Shown: piece after piece, positions 1 through 12,508 of the stretch
Position numbering within the stretch: the stretch's first letter is position 1
Layout of the letters: each line of letters opens with the position of its first letter
Source: Podarcis melisellensis
Taxonomy: Eukaryota
Length of the DNA stretch: 64,000 nucleotides
Assembly: GCA_964234715.1 (NCBI GenBank)
Contig: OZ174280.1
Reading direction: 5' to 3' (one strand)
The notes under the pieces: generated by a model
What the model saw: the letters and a program-made list of their open reading frames with translations, nothing else
The model's database searches: none
Told to the model about the DNA's origin: nothing
Position numbers and translations under genes: made by a program

Positions 1-291
1 AATCAGCCCTGAGTGCTCACTGGAAGGACAGATCCTGAAGCTGAGACTCCAGTACTTTGGCCACCTCATGAGAAGAGAAGATTCCCTGGAAAAGACCCTG
101 ATGTTGGGAAAGATGGAGGGCACAAGGAGAAGGGGACGGCAGAGGATGAGATGGTTGGACAGTGTTCTCGAAGCTACAAACATGAGTCTGACCAAACTGC
201 AGGAGGAAGTGGAAGACAGGAGTGCCTGGCGTGCTCTGGTCCATGGGGTCACGAAGAATCGGACATGACCAAACGACTAAACAACAACAAC
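1..291 (+). mobile_element. RTE-BovB LINE, 3' end (runs off the window start)
   Basis: ORF 68..268 (MRREDSLEKTLMLGKMEGTRRRGRQRMRWLDSV...EDRSAWRALVHGVTK) is the typical BovB C-terminus. It ends in cgactaaacaacaacaac, a (CAA)n tail. Confidence 0.95.
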
Positions 292-559
292 TGGGAAATG
301 TAGCTCTGGTGGGGAAACTACAATTCCCAGGGTATTGTTGGGCTCCAACTCTCATTAGCCCTAGCCATCATGGTCTGTGGTCAGTGACGAGGAGACTGGT
401 AGCCTAACAACAACTGGTTCCCCATCTCTGCCTCAAATCCTGCTTTTTATCGCTGTCCCATCAAGCTTCATTCTCATGTCATTTGCTACTAAAAAAGTTG
501 CAACAGATGCAGTGCCCTTTGCTTTGATTTAAGTACCACTAATTGTATATAACATGGCA

Positions 560-1307
560 ATCAGGCTGACATTGATGCCAAAATCCAGCATTGCCTGAGC
601 TCTGCGAGTACAGCTTTCTCCCATTTGAAGTGTAGAGTGTATGAGGACCGGGACATTCTCAGGGAAACAAAAATGCTTATTTACAAAGCTATTGTACTAC
701 CAACCTTTCTGTATGCTTGGGAAACATGAGCCACTTATAAATGCCATCTTCAACTCCTCAAAAGATTCCATCAATGGTGTTGCCAGAAAATTTTACACAT
801 CACTTGGGAAGACAGGCAAACTAATGCCAGTGTACTGGAAGAAGCAAAGGTCCCCAGTGTCAAAGCAATGATTCTTCAACATTGACTTCGTTGGACTGGT
901 CATGTTGCTCAGATGCCTGATTATCACCTTCCTAAGCAAATACTCTATTCCGAACTTAAAAATGGAAAGCATAATGCTGGTGGTCAACAAAAGAGGTTTA
1001 AAGACCCTCTCAGGGCAAATCTTAAAAAATGTAGTATAAACACCAACAACTGGGAAACACGGGCCTGCAAGCACTCCAGTTGGAGAACAGCCTTTACCAA
1101 AGGTGTCATGGACGCTCAAACTCAGGATGAAAGGGAGAAATGTGCTAAGAGGATGGCACGCTTGGCAAACCCTCACCTTGATCAGCTCCTGCCCAGAAAC
1201 CATATCCCCACTGTGGAAGGACATGTGGATTCAGAATTGGCCTCCATAGTCACTTATGGACTCATGGAAGACAATCTTACTCAGCTACAAGTGATTGTCA
1301 AAAAAAC
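560..1307 (+). mobile_element. Decayed RTE-clade LINE (non-BovB), 3' part
   Basis: Frameshifted translation ...DRDILRETKMLIYKAIVLPTFLYAWET... continues into ORF 913..1386 (MPDYHLPKQILYSELKNGKHNAGGQQKRFKDPL), the RTE C-terminal domain. Confidence 0.85.
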
Positions 1308-1431
1308 CCATGTCATTGTCAAGATCAGAACATCAGTAACTCAACAGATTGGCATTGATCAGACTAGTAGATCTTGTACAGACTAGTCTATTCATCAGAC
1401 CAGTAGATCTTGATCAGACTATCTCATATGC

Positions 1432-1595
1432 AATAGCTCAGATGGTAGAGCATGTTACAGATAGGTAGCCGTGTTGGTCTGCCATAGTCAAAACAAAAAA
1501 AAAATCCTTCCAGTAGCACCTTCGGCCAACAATTCCTGCATTGCAGAGGGTTGCGCTAGATTACCCATGTGGTCCCTTCTATTATCTTTGTACTC
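1432..1595 (+). mobile_element. tRNA-head/CR1-tail SINE remnant interrupted by a Penelope terminal fragment (about 1453-1522)
   Basis: A-box-like tagctcagatggtagagc is followed by gttacagataggtagccgtgttggtc...cttccagtagcacctt, whose end is shared with the insert at 46692. A CR1-like 3' end (ttcctgcattgcagagggttg...ggtcccttc) follows. Confidence 0.55.
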
Positions 1596-4100
1596 CTCTT
1601 ATTTTCCACTAGCCAATGTGATTAAGACACATGGAAATGCAATTGCTCTTCAAATAGTAAACACAGGCATAATGTAAACATAGTGAACGGACAAACAGCT
1701 TTTCAAAATATATTGTTGATTTTGACCTAAAATTTCATTAATGGATTCAGCTAATATATAACAACTTTTGGCCATTGTTCACCCCAGTGAGGAAGCTGGC
1801 AAGACTTTACATTCAATTAAATATGTAGTAATCCACCCACTTCCCACAGGCTCTCACTGAATGCATTCAATCACATCCTCAAATGCCTTAGATTCCATGT
1901 AGGTCAAGTAAATTTATTTGGCATATCCAGGATAATGCAGTCCAAAGAACATAGAGGAGGTCCATAATCAGGTCTCTATAGGGCAAGAGCAAATTGCCAG
2001 CACATTATTAAATTTGCTCTCCTAAATGGAAATACTTACTTTACAGCTACTGTTCATTATTGCTTTGAGTTTCTTTGTGGAAGGTCCTAAAAAGTGCCAG
2101 CTTCCTCCAAAAACAAAAAGGTCACATTTCACCTAAAAAATTAAAGGCAAATGCATATTTCTGCAAGTCAATAAGCAGGTCTGGAAATGTGAAGAAATGT
2201 CATTTGTAAATGATGATGATGTGTACAACAAGCCATCTCAGAGAGAACATGTTCAGGAGAAATAACTTTGCAGATAAGTATTATCTGGAGACAACTCTTT
2301 CTATACATCAAGAAATGCTGGAGATGTTTATTTGGCTGCATCATCTTGCTGACTATCTTGGATCACTGTTACTCCCAGATCACTGTGCATCTCAGTGGAA
2401 TTTTGAATTTCATCCTCCTTGGCGAACTTAGCTATTGCCAATATGATCATTAGGGTGGAATCAGATGACAATTTATTGCAACATGGCTGCTTAAAACTAA
2501 AACTCAGATTAAATAACTTGCTTTGTTTGTATTCCATCTGTAAAAAAAAAAATATGTCACCTGCTCATGATGTCATTGTGATTTCCTGTGATTGACAGCT
2601 GCACAGCCTCGTCCCCCTGCCAAATTTGGCCTCCGAGGCCAGTCCTGATAAGGATCTGACTGGTGGAACGGAAAAGCCTTCCCCATCCCTGATTTACTGC
2701 TTCTGCCAGTTTCCTTCCCATTTACACAGTTCTTCCCATTTCTCTATGCAGTTTCCAAAGCATCTTCAAGGGCAGTACTCTAACCTAGATATAGCCAGAG
2801 CATAGGCTATAGGAGTCAAGCTACTCCTTTCCATGCAGAGGCGAATCTCCATGTCACCAAGGCAATTTGTGTATCAAGCAAAAGTAACGACACCAAAGGT
2901 ACCCCAAAGCCACCCAAGAGCTCCAGAATGCTCTCAGCATGTTCTTGACTCACAGCATCTATGTGCCATCTCCCGACATCCATGTGCACCTATAAGTATG
3001 TTGTAGTGTAACTAGCAGAAGAATACTCACTGTGTGCTGAGCAGAGCCTTTGTCCTGATGTCAGGGTAAATGCAGCTTACCTGGATAGGGAGAGGGCAGG
3101 GGTAGGTGGGAGCGAGATGGGGTTTCATGAGTGCATTGGCAAGAGCACTGGATTTTGCAGCCCCACCCTTACCACCCCAGCCCCACTGAAGTGAGCTCCA
3201 GCAACTCTGCATCTCTATCATACTCCACAGGCTGCACCACAAAGAATACAAATGACTGCTAAATGGCTCTCTCCGCTTTCCAGTGGCAATTTGTTTAGCT
3301 GCATTGAATATGCTTCTTTTGAAGTATATCAATATCCAGCACCGTCGTGCTTAAAATGTTTGCATCTGGTTGATCTCAAAGCATGGAAAAGCCCCCATCT
3401 GTGGGCTTGGCACGAACATTACTGCATTTCTGCAACTTCATCTCTAGATCTTAAAAGGATGCTTCCATGTCTGGCAATGTTTTCCTTTCCTCACATCCAG
3501 GTCTTACAGACATGTCGATCTCCACATGATGACTGATTGAGTGATGGCCTGATTCACTGTTATTCTGGGACCAAAAAGTCTAATATGAGTCAAGAACCCT
3601 GGCTTTTTACTGGCAGGTGTTACATGGCTCTATGTCAGCTTCTGTGAAGCTCACTTTGAACAAGCAAAACAAGAGCAACAACCACCCAGAGGCTAAGGTC
3701 AGCCACAGAATTATTATCTTCGATCAATGTAACTGGCCATGTGAACATGTTCCTCATCCTCCCAGGGAAAGGAAGATCTCCTAGGGTGGAAGGCTAGGAA
3801 AAGAATGGGAAGCTCCCAGGTGAGAGCTGGGATGCTCCACCCCTTTTTGTGTCAGACAAGGGTTAAGATTTACCTTTGAAAGAGGGCTTTGTATTTTTCT
3901 CCTCTCCTCTCCTCTCCTCTTTTCCTTTTCCTTTCCCCCCCCCCTTTTACTTAGATAAGTTTGTTTTTTTATTATCTCATATGAGGAAAATTTTCAACTA
4001 AAAAATGCTAAAACAAAAGAAACTAGTTCCCTTGGGATCCCTTCCAAGTCTACATCTGAGGAATTCTAAGTTCCTCATTCTCTCCACATGGAGCGCATGC

Positions 4101-4490
4101 AAAGGTCAAGGTAGAGGTAAATGACCCCTTGACAGTTAAGCCCAGTCAAAGCTGACTATGGGGTTGTGGCGTTCATCTCACTTTCAGGCTGAGGGAACTA
4201 ATGTTTGTCCATTGACAGCTTTCCGGGTCATGTGGCCAGCATGACTAAGCCGCTTCTGGCACAACGGATCACCGTGACGGAAATCAGAGTGCACGGAAAC
4301 ACTGTTTACCTTCCCGCCGGAGCAGTACCTATTTATCTACTTGCACTGGCATGCTTTCCAACTGCTAGGTTGGCAGGAGCTGGGACAGAGCAACAGGAGC
4401 CCACCCTGTCGCAGGGATTCAAACCGCCGACCTTCAGATCAGCAAGCCCCAGAGGCTCAGTGGTTTAGACTACAGCGCCACCCACATCCC
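4101..4490 (-). mobile_element. Sauria SINE (Squam1-type), full length
   Basis: The minus strand starts gggatgtgggtggcgctgtagtctaaaccactgagcc and ends in a degenerate (ACCTTT)n tail. It is homologous to the copies at 7723 and 57747. Confidence 0.92.
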
Positions 4491-5915
4491 ACTAACTATG
4501 CTCCATAAATGTGGGTATCCTTCAGTGGCCTTACATCTGAAGAGATGGAATGCAAAAGCACTAAGGGACATGATGATTCCTGGAAAAAATAAAGAGGCAT
4601 TGGAATGCATATCATAGGATTAACCCACTTACAACATCCTTAATTTGTTATTAATTTAAAACATTGGGGTGTGTGCTAAGAATGTGCATGGGAAGATCTA
4701 CTTCTACAAGTCATAACACACAAATTTATGCACTGGTGATTAAAACTACATGAACCCCAGGAAAGCCCTGGCTTGCTAAAGTAACTTGAACAACAACAAA
4801 AATATAGGGAAATTTCTGCTCTCTATTTTTTTATCTTCCACTTTGCTAACAACACAAAAAGGACATTGTGATAGACGTGAAAGTAAAAGCCAAATTATGA
4901 CTGGCTAATGTGTCTAATGAAAGACAAAGAATAAAGACAGAACCAGTAATTTTCTAAAGGACCCCCTCCCCTTACCGCAAATACAATTACTTCATTTTTA
5001 TCAAGCCCTGACATCAATCCCTAATAGCAAGACTTGACAAGTATTTTTTTGAAATATTTTTCTTTTTTTGCCTGTTAGGGCTTTTAGGGGGCTATTTCAT
5101 GGATGTTGATAAAGCTCGCAGTGTTAGGAGATTAATGCTCACTGTTCGATCCGTGCACTGCAATTTAATTTGAAGAAATTAGTTCCAACAATTAGAAGAC
5201 AATGAGTAGAATGATATCATTCAGTGGTTGCTATCTGGATGGCAAGCCAGAGCAGAATAAAATCAGTCTGGAAAGGCTCCTGTTGCAGCCTTGATGATAG
5301 CTGTTTGTTGCATAGCACGGACAGTTTCACACATTGCACAGTAAGAAAGCTAAGCTTGCCACCAACTGCACCCTCAAAAAAGAAGTGTGGCCAATCTTGG
5401 CTCTCTGATTAGTATCTGTATATGATGTAGATATTTTCAACACCTGTTTGTAACGTAGTTAAGAAACGCTTAAAAACTTAATGCAATGTAATGTATGAAG
5501 ATTCCTTCAAGAATTCTCATGGCCCAGAAGGGCCAGTCAGAAGGTTTCAGGTCCCTAGGAGTGCAGGCTGGCACCTGGATTTTCCAAAATCAAGAAGTCC
5601 AGGGCTTCTTTCTGATCGCAAACTGAATTCCAAAGAGAAAATAATTTCTGAATAGGGCTAAAATGAGAGAGAAAAACCCAGGGCCAAGTTATCTTAAGGA
5701 TCACCTCTGCGTTTATGAAGCTGCCAGAATAATGAAAGCAGCACCTATATTTTAATACTGATTCCACTCTGGCTATGAGATTCAGGTGCTTAAAAAGGCA
5801 TCCTTTTCATATTCCATGCACTGCCATCCTCGAATTCATAGGATAGCAGCTGCAACACAAAATGTCCACTGTCCAGCACAGAGAAGTTGCAGAACTGGAT
5901 TCAGGACCAATTTTT

Positions 5916-5933
5916 AATGCCACCTGCTGGTTT
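5916..5933 (-). promoter_or_regulatory. CTCF-like motif
   Basis: The minus strand reads aaaCCAGCAGGTGGCAtt, matching the CTCF core CCASYAGRKGGCR. This is a motif match only. Confidence 0.45.
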
Positions 5934-7022
5934 ATAACTAACAATGCAGAATCTATTCAATGTGTTGTAATCTGATGGAGGAATGTGCTACAAAGGAAAG
6001 TATTTCATTAGGGTCTGAAAGTGCTTCCCCCACCCACACATCACACCATCCTTTTGCTCCCACTACCAAAATATTCAGCAGTGCTTTCAGAGACACAGCA
6101 ACACTACCGTGGCAGAAGTGAGGAACCTCCAGGCTGCGAGCCTAAGCAGGTCTTTCAGCCTAAGCAGGCCTTACCATTTCGGCCAAGCCACGAGCACCTG
6201 ATGTCATGTGCTGAGCAGGTAAGGACACAGCTGAGTCCAAAGGAGGTGTGCAGGAACCATCAATCAGCATCTGCAAAGCCCAGTGTACCTGGCTGCATAA
6301 GCTCCAGAAATCAGCTGATCTGGCTGGATTTTGAGAAGCCCCATGCATAGCATTCCAGAAGATCCAGAGTGCTTGCAGAGTGCTATACAAGGTTGGATTT
6401 CAAACAATGCAGGCAAAATCAGGTCACCTGACATAATGATGACATCAGGTTAAATGTGCCCCCATGGAAACTGGGGGAGATAACGACCTGGCCCAGTCTC
6501 TTAACCCCGTAAAGCATAACTACCTGCAGATTAACCATGATTGTAAAATATATGCAGTATAGTACATGCAATCAAGCGTTAGTATTAATTTCGCTGTACC
6601 AACTTGGAGTCTACCATTTAATTGAATATTCTTGTCCCCCCACCCCGCCCTGCAGTTTTGTTTTGGTTTTTTTTGCATATTTTTTTGGTTTTTGGTTTTT
6701 TTTTGCATAATACTTTGGACAACAGGTTTTTTCTGGAGAGGGAAAGAGATGGCAGGAAATAGCAGAAGTTGTTCTGCTTGCACAAAGACATTGTTGTATA
6801 CAACCCTCTGTAACTCTTAGGTGCTATAGAAACAGATGCACCACTCATTCAACAGCCTTTTATAGGGTTTTTCAACAACTTTGAAAAAGAACACTTTTAA
6901 AGATGTTCAGTCTATTCCTTCCGTCCCTTCCTTTAATAAAAATTCTTTTTTAAACCAGTCCAGGTTTCTGCCAAATGACACAATTGGAAGATGTGTCAAG
7001 ACATGAACTATTCAAAATAGCT

Positions 7023-7057
<35 letters not shown>

Positions 7058-7722
7058 CACTCACATTCTTTCTTGGCTTTTGTTTTGCATTAAGAGATGG
7101 GAGGAATACAGGAACCCCTGAAAAAGTAAAATTAGGATTTAAAACTTGGCCATGGCATATTTATCTGTAATAGTAAAAAGACAAACAAAAAAACGCACCA
7201 TTCTATAAAAAGAGAAAATAAATAAATTAAAGCAGCTGGAGAAGAAAGGGGAAGCGGGTGGAGAAAGAACTGAGAATGGAAGGATGCCTTTCCCTTGGGA
7301 CTCCCTGGGAAACTCACCGAACCTGCTGTACCTGGAAGTGCATGCAGAGAATGCAGCTGACTGCTTAATGGGACACAGCTGGAGGCAGCCTGAGGAAGCT
7401 CCATCCACCTTAGTGCCTGCCCATAAAAAGCAAGCCTAAAGTGGGAGACCAGAATGATGTCAGCATCAACCCTTCTCTTTGTGAGGCTTTTGCAGGTGTG
7501 CTGGGAGTTTGTTTCAACCCTTGGTGAGAGCCAGGAGGCTGAGAGGGAGGGTGTGTCCAAAGTTGAGATCATTTAGGCTGGTTCATATTCATTAGTAATT
7601 TTGTGTTAATGTACTATTTTCATATGTTAACTGCATATTTTTAAATTTGTTGTTTAAGTTGTCTGTTGTTGCTTTAGTTTTCTATAGATGTGTGTATACA
7701 CACACACACACAATATGTATAG

Positions 7723-8054
7723 TAAAGGTGACCCCTGACTATTAGGTCCAGTCATGTCTGACTCTGGGGTTGTGGCGCTCATCTCGCTTTATTGGCCAAG
7801 AGAGCCGGCATACAGCTTCCGGGTCATGTGCCCAGCATGACTAAGCCGCTTCTGGTGAACCAGAGCAGCGCACGGAAACGCCGTTTACCTTCCCACCGAA
7901 GCAGTACCTACTTGCACTTGACGTGCTTTCGATTGGCAGGAGCAGGGACCAAGCAACGGGAGCTCACCCCGTTGCGGGGATTCGAACCGCTGACCTTCTG
8001 ATTGGCAAGTCCTAGGCTCTGTGGTTTAACCCACAGCACCACCCACGTCCCCTA
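7723..8054 (-). mobile_element. Sauria SINE (Squam1-type)
   Basis: Same family as 4101-4490. Flanked by the direct repeat atgtatag (7715-7722 and 8055-8062), a likely TSD. Confidence 0.92.
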
Positions 8055-8720
8055 ATGTATAGAAATAGTGTAAATAAATAAATCAAACAGTTCAAAACCA
8101 TCCCACACAAACTGAGTCCAATTGTGGTGATCAACGGAATCTGCATGTCACTTGCTGGAGGATTTCAATATCCATGTGCGGACCACCTTAAGTGGACCTT
8201 CTTGGACCTCATGGCTGCCATGAAAGCCATAGAATTGTTTCCAGAAGATTTGTAGTCACTGAAACAGGCCGGTCTGAGTGATGAAGAGCTTGTTGTGGGG
8301 TCTGGCTTGGGGAGAAGTGGAATGGAACCCTTGGCCACCTGCTATGGTGAATTCACAAAGCATTTTGAATGAGAATTTGCAGGTATCGGCTCTGAGACTG
8401 ATGCCACAATTGAGGCACCTAGAGCACCACCTAGTTAGATTTTGTGGGATTATTTTCAGCTGTCACTGTCTAAGGAAGTGGACAAGAAGATGCTTGAATC
8501 AATCTATCTAACCACATGTAGCCTTTACTCTTGATTAGGCCTATCCAGGGGGTGCTGAATACCCTGTTTTGTTGGAAGAGAACCTTCCCAGATCTGGAAG
8601 AATATTAGAGCCACCACACAGTTACTAATATCTTCTTGGGCAAGCTTTGTGCATTCTTAGAGGAAACAGATTATCTAGATCTAGAGTGATTCTGAACTCT
8701 GGGTTTAGGCCAAGGTTTGG

Positions 8721-8853
8721 NNNNNNNNNNNNNNNNNNNNNNNNNNNNNNNNNNNNNNNNNNNNNNNNNNNNNNNNNNNNNNNNNNNNNNNNNNNNNNNN
8801 NNNNNNNNNNNNNNNNNNNNNNNNNNNNNNNNNNNNNNNNNNNNNNNNNNNNN
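8721..8853. other. Assembly gap (133 N)
   Basis: A run of N located where the simple-repeat tail of the adjacent SINE should be. Confidence 0.99.
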
Positions 8854-9073
8854 CGCCTTTCACTCCCTTTAAGGAGTCTCAAAGCGGCTAACATTCTCCT
8901 TTCCCTTCCTCCCCCACAACAAACACTCTGTGAGGTGAGTGGGGCTGAGAGACTTCAGAGAAGTATGACTAGCCCAAGGTCACCCAGCAGCTGCATGTGG
9001 AGGAGTGGAGACGCGAACCCGGTTCCCCAGATTACGAGACTACCGCTCTTAACCACTACACCACACTGGCTCT
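8854..9073 (-). mobile_element. tRNA-derived MIR/CORE-type SINE (Squam3/POMSINE-like), tail lost in the gap
   Basis: The minus strand starts agagccagtgtggtgtagtggttaagagc (A box), then ccgggttcgcgtctcc (B box) and CORE-like gctgggtgaccttgggctagtca. It is near-identical to 43001-43248. Confidence 0.88.
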
Positions 9074-9394
9074 TTTGGGTACCTTAATGGTTGGTTGACC
9101 TGTTCCAGGAGACAGATTAGGATGGTAGTGAAAATGTGTGAACCTGCTAGTTCCTCTGGATCTCTCAGTGGGTGTTTCTTTAAAAAAATACCATTGACCA
9201 TGGTAGTTTACTGGACCAGCTCTGCAGAATGGAAGTTGGGGGCATGGTTTGCAGTGGTTCTGCTGTTGTAGGTTCTCTGGGTATAGGTGAACAATCATTC
9301 TCCGAACTACATGAATTTCAGGAGTTGCATTTCTGTATGCACATTCCAACATGAAAGTGTAATGGCCTAGTTGCCTTGGCCTTTTTGGCTTTGG

Positions 9395-9775
9395 CCCCAG
9401 CCTGGTGGAACGCTCTATCACAGGAGACCAGGGCCCTGCGGGACCTGACATCCTTCCGCAGGGCCTGCAAGATGAAGCTGTTCCGCCTGGCCTTCAGTCC
9501 AGGCCTAGTTTGACCCCCCTCTATGGGACCCTGTAAGTTGCCTCTTTGGCCTTTTTCTCAGCTCATGTGGGACCAACATGGATAGCTGGCCCTGATGAAT
9601 ACTTGAGTTTCCGACCCGTATGGTTGTAATTCGTGGTCAATCATTTACTTTTATCCTGATTCTATTTTTTAAGCTGTATTTTAATTGTTTAATTGTTTCA
9701 TTGTGTTTTAATGTATTTGATATTTGATGTTAGCTGCCCTGAGCCCGGTCTTGGGCGGGGTATAAATAAAAATTT
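9395..9775 (+). mobile_element. L2 LINE 3' fragment
   Basis: ...cctggtggaacgctct...ttccgcagggcctgcaagatgaagctgttccgc (the WNAL...FRRACK.LF C-terminus), then a T-rich 3' UTR, the stem tgttagctgccctgagccc and a taaataaaa tail. Confidence 0.75.
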
Positions 9776-11704
9776 ACTTACACTGTCACATCCTCCCAAC
9801 ACCTGCCCCACCATGAGCAGATTTATACCTTTTTCAAAGTAGTGCAGCCAGGACTGAAAAAGAGGGAGCTAATTAAGCAGGAGATGAAAGCATTCATCAA
9901 GCAGTGCCCTCCATTTCAATTTAGTGCTAATTTTTCCAAAGGGGTTTTCCTTTCAGCCTTGCAGTGCCTCCCTTCTTTTCCCCAGATGCAAGGTGTTGGT
10001 GTGTTGCTTATTTTATCAAGGCATGGGTGACTTCAAGTCTAGCCCTGCCTTAGCAGATCCACGAACAAGGATGCTAATGCACTTCTGGCTCAAAGTAAAT
10101 GAGACATTATCTAAGTGCTAAGGAAATAAAATGTGAAATTAAAAAACAGGGATTATTTGTTTTATCTGTGTCTGTCAGAGGGGCCAAATCTACAAAGGCA
10201 GTGAAATAATTCCATCCTTCCCTTTGCTCCCCCTCCCGTTCAATATGACATCAGCAACATAGAAAAATGTCCCCATCTGTTATAGTAAAAGCAGATATAT
10301 CAGTTCTGTTTTCTCTCTCAGAAGCTGTCAAGACTATACACACCATCGTCTTAAAAATATGGTTCACTCTAAAAACTTGTATTCCCCCCCCCCTATTTTC
10401 TCCATTGGTGAATAAAAGTCTGAAAATGCACTGTCAGAGCATTTCTGGTAACTTTTAAAATGGATGTTTAGAATAGCATACATCAAATATATTTCTCTGC
10501 ATCATATGCATGCCCCAAATAGGAAGTGAAAGCTTATGTCTACCATCCTGTTCTGTGCTCTCTTAGTGAGCCACTAAGGTTGTTCACTGAACAAGGCTGA
10601 GCTGAATGAAAATATACTTTGAAAAGCATGATCAAAATCCCATAAATTGAAGTAAGAACATTTATCCCCACAGGGAATATTCTACACGATGCATGACCTA
10701 CGAGTAGAAAAAAACTAGGCCATGCAGTTCTGTAGTTATCATTCTTTTATCTGTGACCTAATATGGTAAAATGGAGCTGTATATGTACCAGCTTGGCAAA
10801 GCGTTGCAGCCAAATTTCTTCAGATTTTATTGGAAGCAACATACTATTAACAGTTGGTTAGTCCGCAAAGTTTCATATAAGAGGCATAGAATAAGTAAGA
10901 ATTAAAGGGATACTTGGCAATCACATTAACATATCTATAGCTAAGACACTAAACACTGTAAATCCTTTCTGAAATGAGAAAGAAAGCAAAAAGGCTGAGC
11001 CTTGTAGAATTGATTAAACACTCAACTGGTTAACAACAGAGGAGATTACGAAAAAATCTCAATATGCAGCCAGTCCAAAAAGCCTTTTATTGTTAATTTC
11101 AGGCCTCTTGGCTGTCGTCTTTCAGCACAAGGAGCAGGAAACGGTTACATTTGTAATAGATAGCAGGCATGTACAATCAGACTAACTCCCATTTTTGGAG
11201 AAGATACTTCTCAGTTACACAGGCCAAGCAAAGCACATTTTATACCTCAAATGTGGTTAGCCAGTGAGAGGACACAGTGCAAATGTGTATCCAAAATTCA
11301 TCGCCACTCACATCTCCCTGCCAAAAGGTGCCCTTAGCTGTCAATATGGCAATATGTTATATATGTTATATATTTCTAGATCCCTACTAAAGGGTTGTAG
11401 TGGGTATATGGGAAAACACATTTGCCAGAAACATTTATGTGCCAACGCTTGAAGCCTCTGAGCTGAGCTGGGAGAGCTACTAGAGTGCTTGATTTTAAAT
11501 GCAAAAATATGACAGAAACCTCTGTAGGAAGGACATAGGGAAGAGTGTTCTAGGGGCAGCATTGTGGGTATATGAAAACAGGGAAGACTTCTCCACACAA
11601 TCACTGGCCATAATTACACCTTACATTCAAAGCATTATGATACTACTTTTAACAGTCATGGTTTCCTCAAAAAATTCTGGGAGCTGTAGTTTGCTAAGTG
11701 TGCA

Positions 11705-12121
11705 GTTTGGGAGTGGCCGCCGAGACCACATAACACCAGTCCTGAAAGACATTGCCTCCCAGTACATTTCCAAGCACAATTCATAGTATTGGTGCTGACC
11801 TTTAAAGCCCTAAACCCAGTATACCGGTACTTGAAGGAGCGTCTCCACCCACATTGTTCAGCCTGGACACTGAGGTCCAGCTCCGAGGGCCCTCTGGCGG
11901 TTCCCTCACTGCGAGAAGTGAAGTTACAGGGAACCAGGCAGAGGGCCTTCTCTGTAGTGGCGCCCGCCCTGTGGAACGTCCTCCCATCAGATGTCAAGGA
12001 AATAAACAACTGACTTTTAGAAGGCATCTGAAGGCAGCCCTGTTTAGGGAAGTTTTTAATATCTGATGTTTGTTGGAAGCTGCCCTGAGTGGCTGGGAAT
12101 ATGATGATGATGATGATGATG
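11705..12121 (+). mobile_element. L2 LINE 3' fragment
   Basis: Translations RRDHITPVLKD and VLTFKAL...YLKERL...LRSS...RAFSVVAPALWNVLP (ORF 11789..12013) are characteristic of L2. It ends in an (ATG)n tail. Confidence 0.9.
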
Positions 12122-12508
12122 TTAAGGGTTAGGAGTCCTGCTTTTTCCTCAGAGTTACAATTCTCAGAGTGGTTTAATAGTCAATCCATCTTCCCAGATG
12201 CCAGAGATCTTCTGGATGCAAAGACAGATGTGCTACTAACTGATGTTTGGCCACTCAACTCATCACATTGAAATTGTTGGGTAAGAACAGGAGATGTCCC
12301 CTGTGTATTATGTCCAAAGTGTCTTCTATACAACTACTTTCATACACTAGAGATGACAATAACAAGTAACTTTGATGTGAACATTTATGCCTTTCATAAG
12401 AGAGATCACTGAATGAAATGGGATTGTTGCTCTGGTTTTCTTTAAAAAGATAGAATACCTGGGTGTTTGCAAAACTCTTGTTTAGTTGGTCCTCTTAAAA
12501 AACACTGT

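Noticed and set aside
1355-1422. Repeated ttgatcagactagtagatc units resembling a spaced array
   Set aside because: A degenerate ~19-bp tandem repeat with no unique spacers, in eukaryotic DNA with no cas genes.
8625-9087. ORFs spanning X runs
   Set aside because: Artefacts of the N gap plus SINE sequence.
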